Source: the human T2T-CHM13v2.0 reference genome, Homo sapiens. Taken from it: a DNA stretch of 64,000 bases. The notes under the pieces were generated by a model, which saw only the letters and a program-made list of their open reading frames with translations, had not been told where the DNA came from and ran no database searches. A program made the translations under genes and the position numbers. This document shows, piece after piece, positions 62,804-64,000 of the stretch; positions within the stretch are counted from its first letter, which is position 1; every line of letters begins with the position of its first letter. The stretch lies in NCBI RefSeq assembly GCF_009914755.1, contig NC_060936.1, one strand, 5' to 3'.

Positions 62804-63100
62804 TTTTTTTTTTTTTTTCTTTGAGATGGAGTATCACTCTGTTGCCCAGGCTGGAGTGCTGTGGCTCGATCTCGGCTCACTGCAACCTCCACCTCCCAGG
62901 TTCAAGCTATATTCTGCCTCAGCCTGCTGAGTAGCTGGGATTACAGGTGCCTGCCACCATGCCCAGCTAATTTTTGTATTTTTAGTAGAGATGGGATTTC
63001 ACCTTAGCCAGGATGGTCTCAATCTCCTGACCTCAGATGATCCACCCACCTCAGCCTCCCAAAGTGCTGGGATTATAGGCGTGAACCACCGTGCCTGGCC
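62804..63100 (-). mobile_element. AluS
   Basis: Full-length reverse Alu with poly-T. Confidence 0.95.
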
Positions 63101-63109
63101 TTTTAAAAA

Positions 63110-63500
63110 AAAAATTTTAGATTCATGGGTACATGTGTGGGTTTGTTATGTGGGTATATAGCTTGATGCTGAGGTTTTGGCTTCTAACGATCCCATCACC
63201 CAGGGAGTGAACGCAGCTCCCAACAGGTGGTTTTCCAGCCCTCGTCCTCGTCCTCCTCCCCCTCCCACCTGCCCCTCTGGAGTCCCTGGCGTCTGCTATT
63301 CCCTCTCTGCGTCATGTGCATGCAGCATTCAGCTCCCATGGATAAGTGAGAACACGTGGTTTTGGTTTTCTGTTCGGGTTGAGTTCTCAGGCTGACGGCC
63401 TCCAGCTGCATGTGTGGCTGCAGGGGACGTGCTCTCCTCCATTTTCCCGGCTGCATCGAGTTCATGGTCTGTCTGCACACGTGAGGCCACCTGCCAGGCC
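63110..63500 (-). mobile_element. L1PA/PB 3' end fragment
   Basis: GGTACATGTG...TTTGTTATGTGGGTATA...GATCCCATCACCCAGG...AGCTCCCA...ATAAGTGAGAACA. Confidence 0.8.
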
Positions 63501-63519
63501 ACATCCCAGCACAGGCGTC

Positions 63520-63710
63520 ATCCAGTGATTTCCTCATCGGCCAGAGTCTGCGTCTGCAGCTTTGTGAGCCACGCGGCCATGGCCTGACTCTGTGCCGAGA
63601 GCCCCGCAGCGGTGGCCACAGACAATAGTAAGCAACTGGGTGTGGCTGGGCGCCAATAAAACTGTATTTATTAAAACAGGCAAGGGGCTGGGCTGCGGCA
63701 GGGCCCAGGT
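63520..63710 (+). mobile_element. MER58A DNA transposon relic
   Basis: GCCACAGACAATAGTAAGCAACTGGGTGTGGCTGGGCGCCAATAAAACTGTATTTATTAAAACAGG. Confidence 0.75.
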
Positions 63711-63759
63711 GCCTGGGAAAGAGGTGGGACCGGGCCCCAACCCCCAGCTCGGCTCCCAG

Positions 63760-64000
63760 GAAGACACACACAGTGCTGCTGCCTAATCCTCTCTTTATTT
63801 GGTCTCTGCTGAAGCAGTCGTGCCAGCCTCCTAGACACGGCCTCAGGTTTGTCGCTGTCCATGTCCTCCAGCACCCCTCTTACCAGACCACAAGGAGCTG
63901 CATTATGATGTGTGACTTAGGTCTTGGTTGGAGGGCTGAGCGGCCGCAAGTGCTGGGGGAGGCTGCTTGGAGCATGGGAGGCCTGCGGGTGGAAGACACC
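63760..64000 (-). terminator. Minus-strand poly(A) site and terminal 3' UTR of the next gene (probably GALNT9, from recalled gene order)
   Basis: AATAAA at 63799-63794, then ~20 nt, then GU-rich TGTGTGTGTCTTCC. No coding sequence in the window, so the gene identity is inferred. Confidence 0.5.

Noticed and set aside
63655-63660. Plus-strand AATAAA as a gene end
   Set aside because: Part of the MER58A consensus; no upstream plus-strand gene supports it.

Overview
This is GC-rich human genomic DNA, not prokaryotic. The two complete genes identify the locus as subtelomeric 12q24.33 (gene identity recognised from the protein sequences, map position recalled). DDX51 is on the minus strand (15 coding exons, 666 aa DEAD-box helicase) and NOC4L on the plus strand (15 coding exons, 516 aa). 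Both were reconstructed by hand with GT-AG junctions and an unbroken frame. They lie head-to-head with 192 bp between the ATGs inside a CpG island. The remaining ~45 kb is non-coding: large VNTRs and simple repeats (roughly 13 kb of the whole window), Alus, LTR/MaLR, L1, MIR and MER relics, and a second CpG island near 57 kb (probable lncRNA promoter). A minus-strand poly(A) site at the right edge is probably the GALNT9 3' end. Almost all long ORFs in the supplied track are repeat artefacts. I see no novel protein-coding system. The most unusual element is in NOC4L intron 9: an indel-free 44-bp VNTR whose unit is a copy of the exon 9 splice donor, giving 60 identical 5' splice sites of which only the first can give full-length protein. 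Other notable features are an LTR-derived poly(A) site for DDX51 followed by a G-rich VNTR, a duplicated stop+AATAAA cassette in NOC4L, and a nested L1/microsatellite/LTR/(TA)n structure. All repeat family names are from memory of consensus sequences and need a Dfam/RepeatMasker check.
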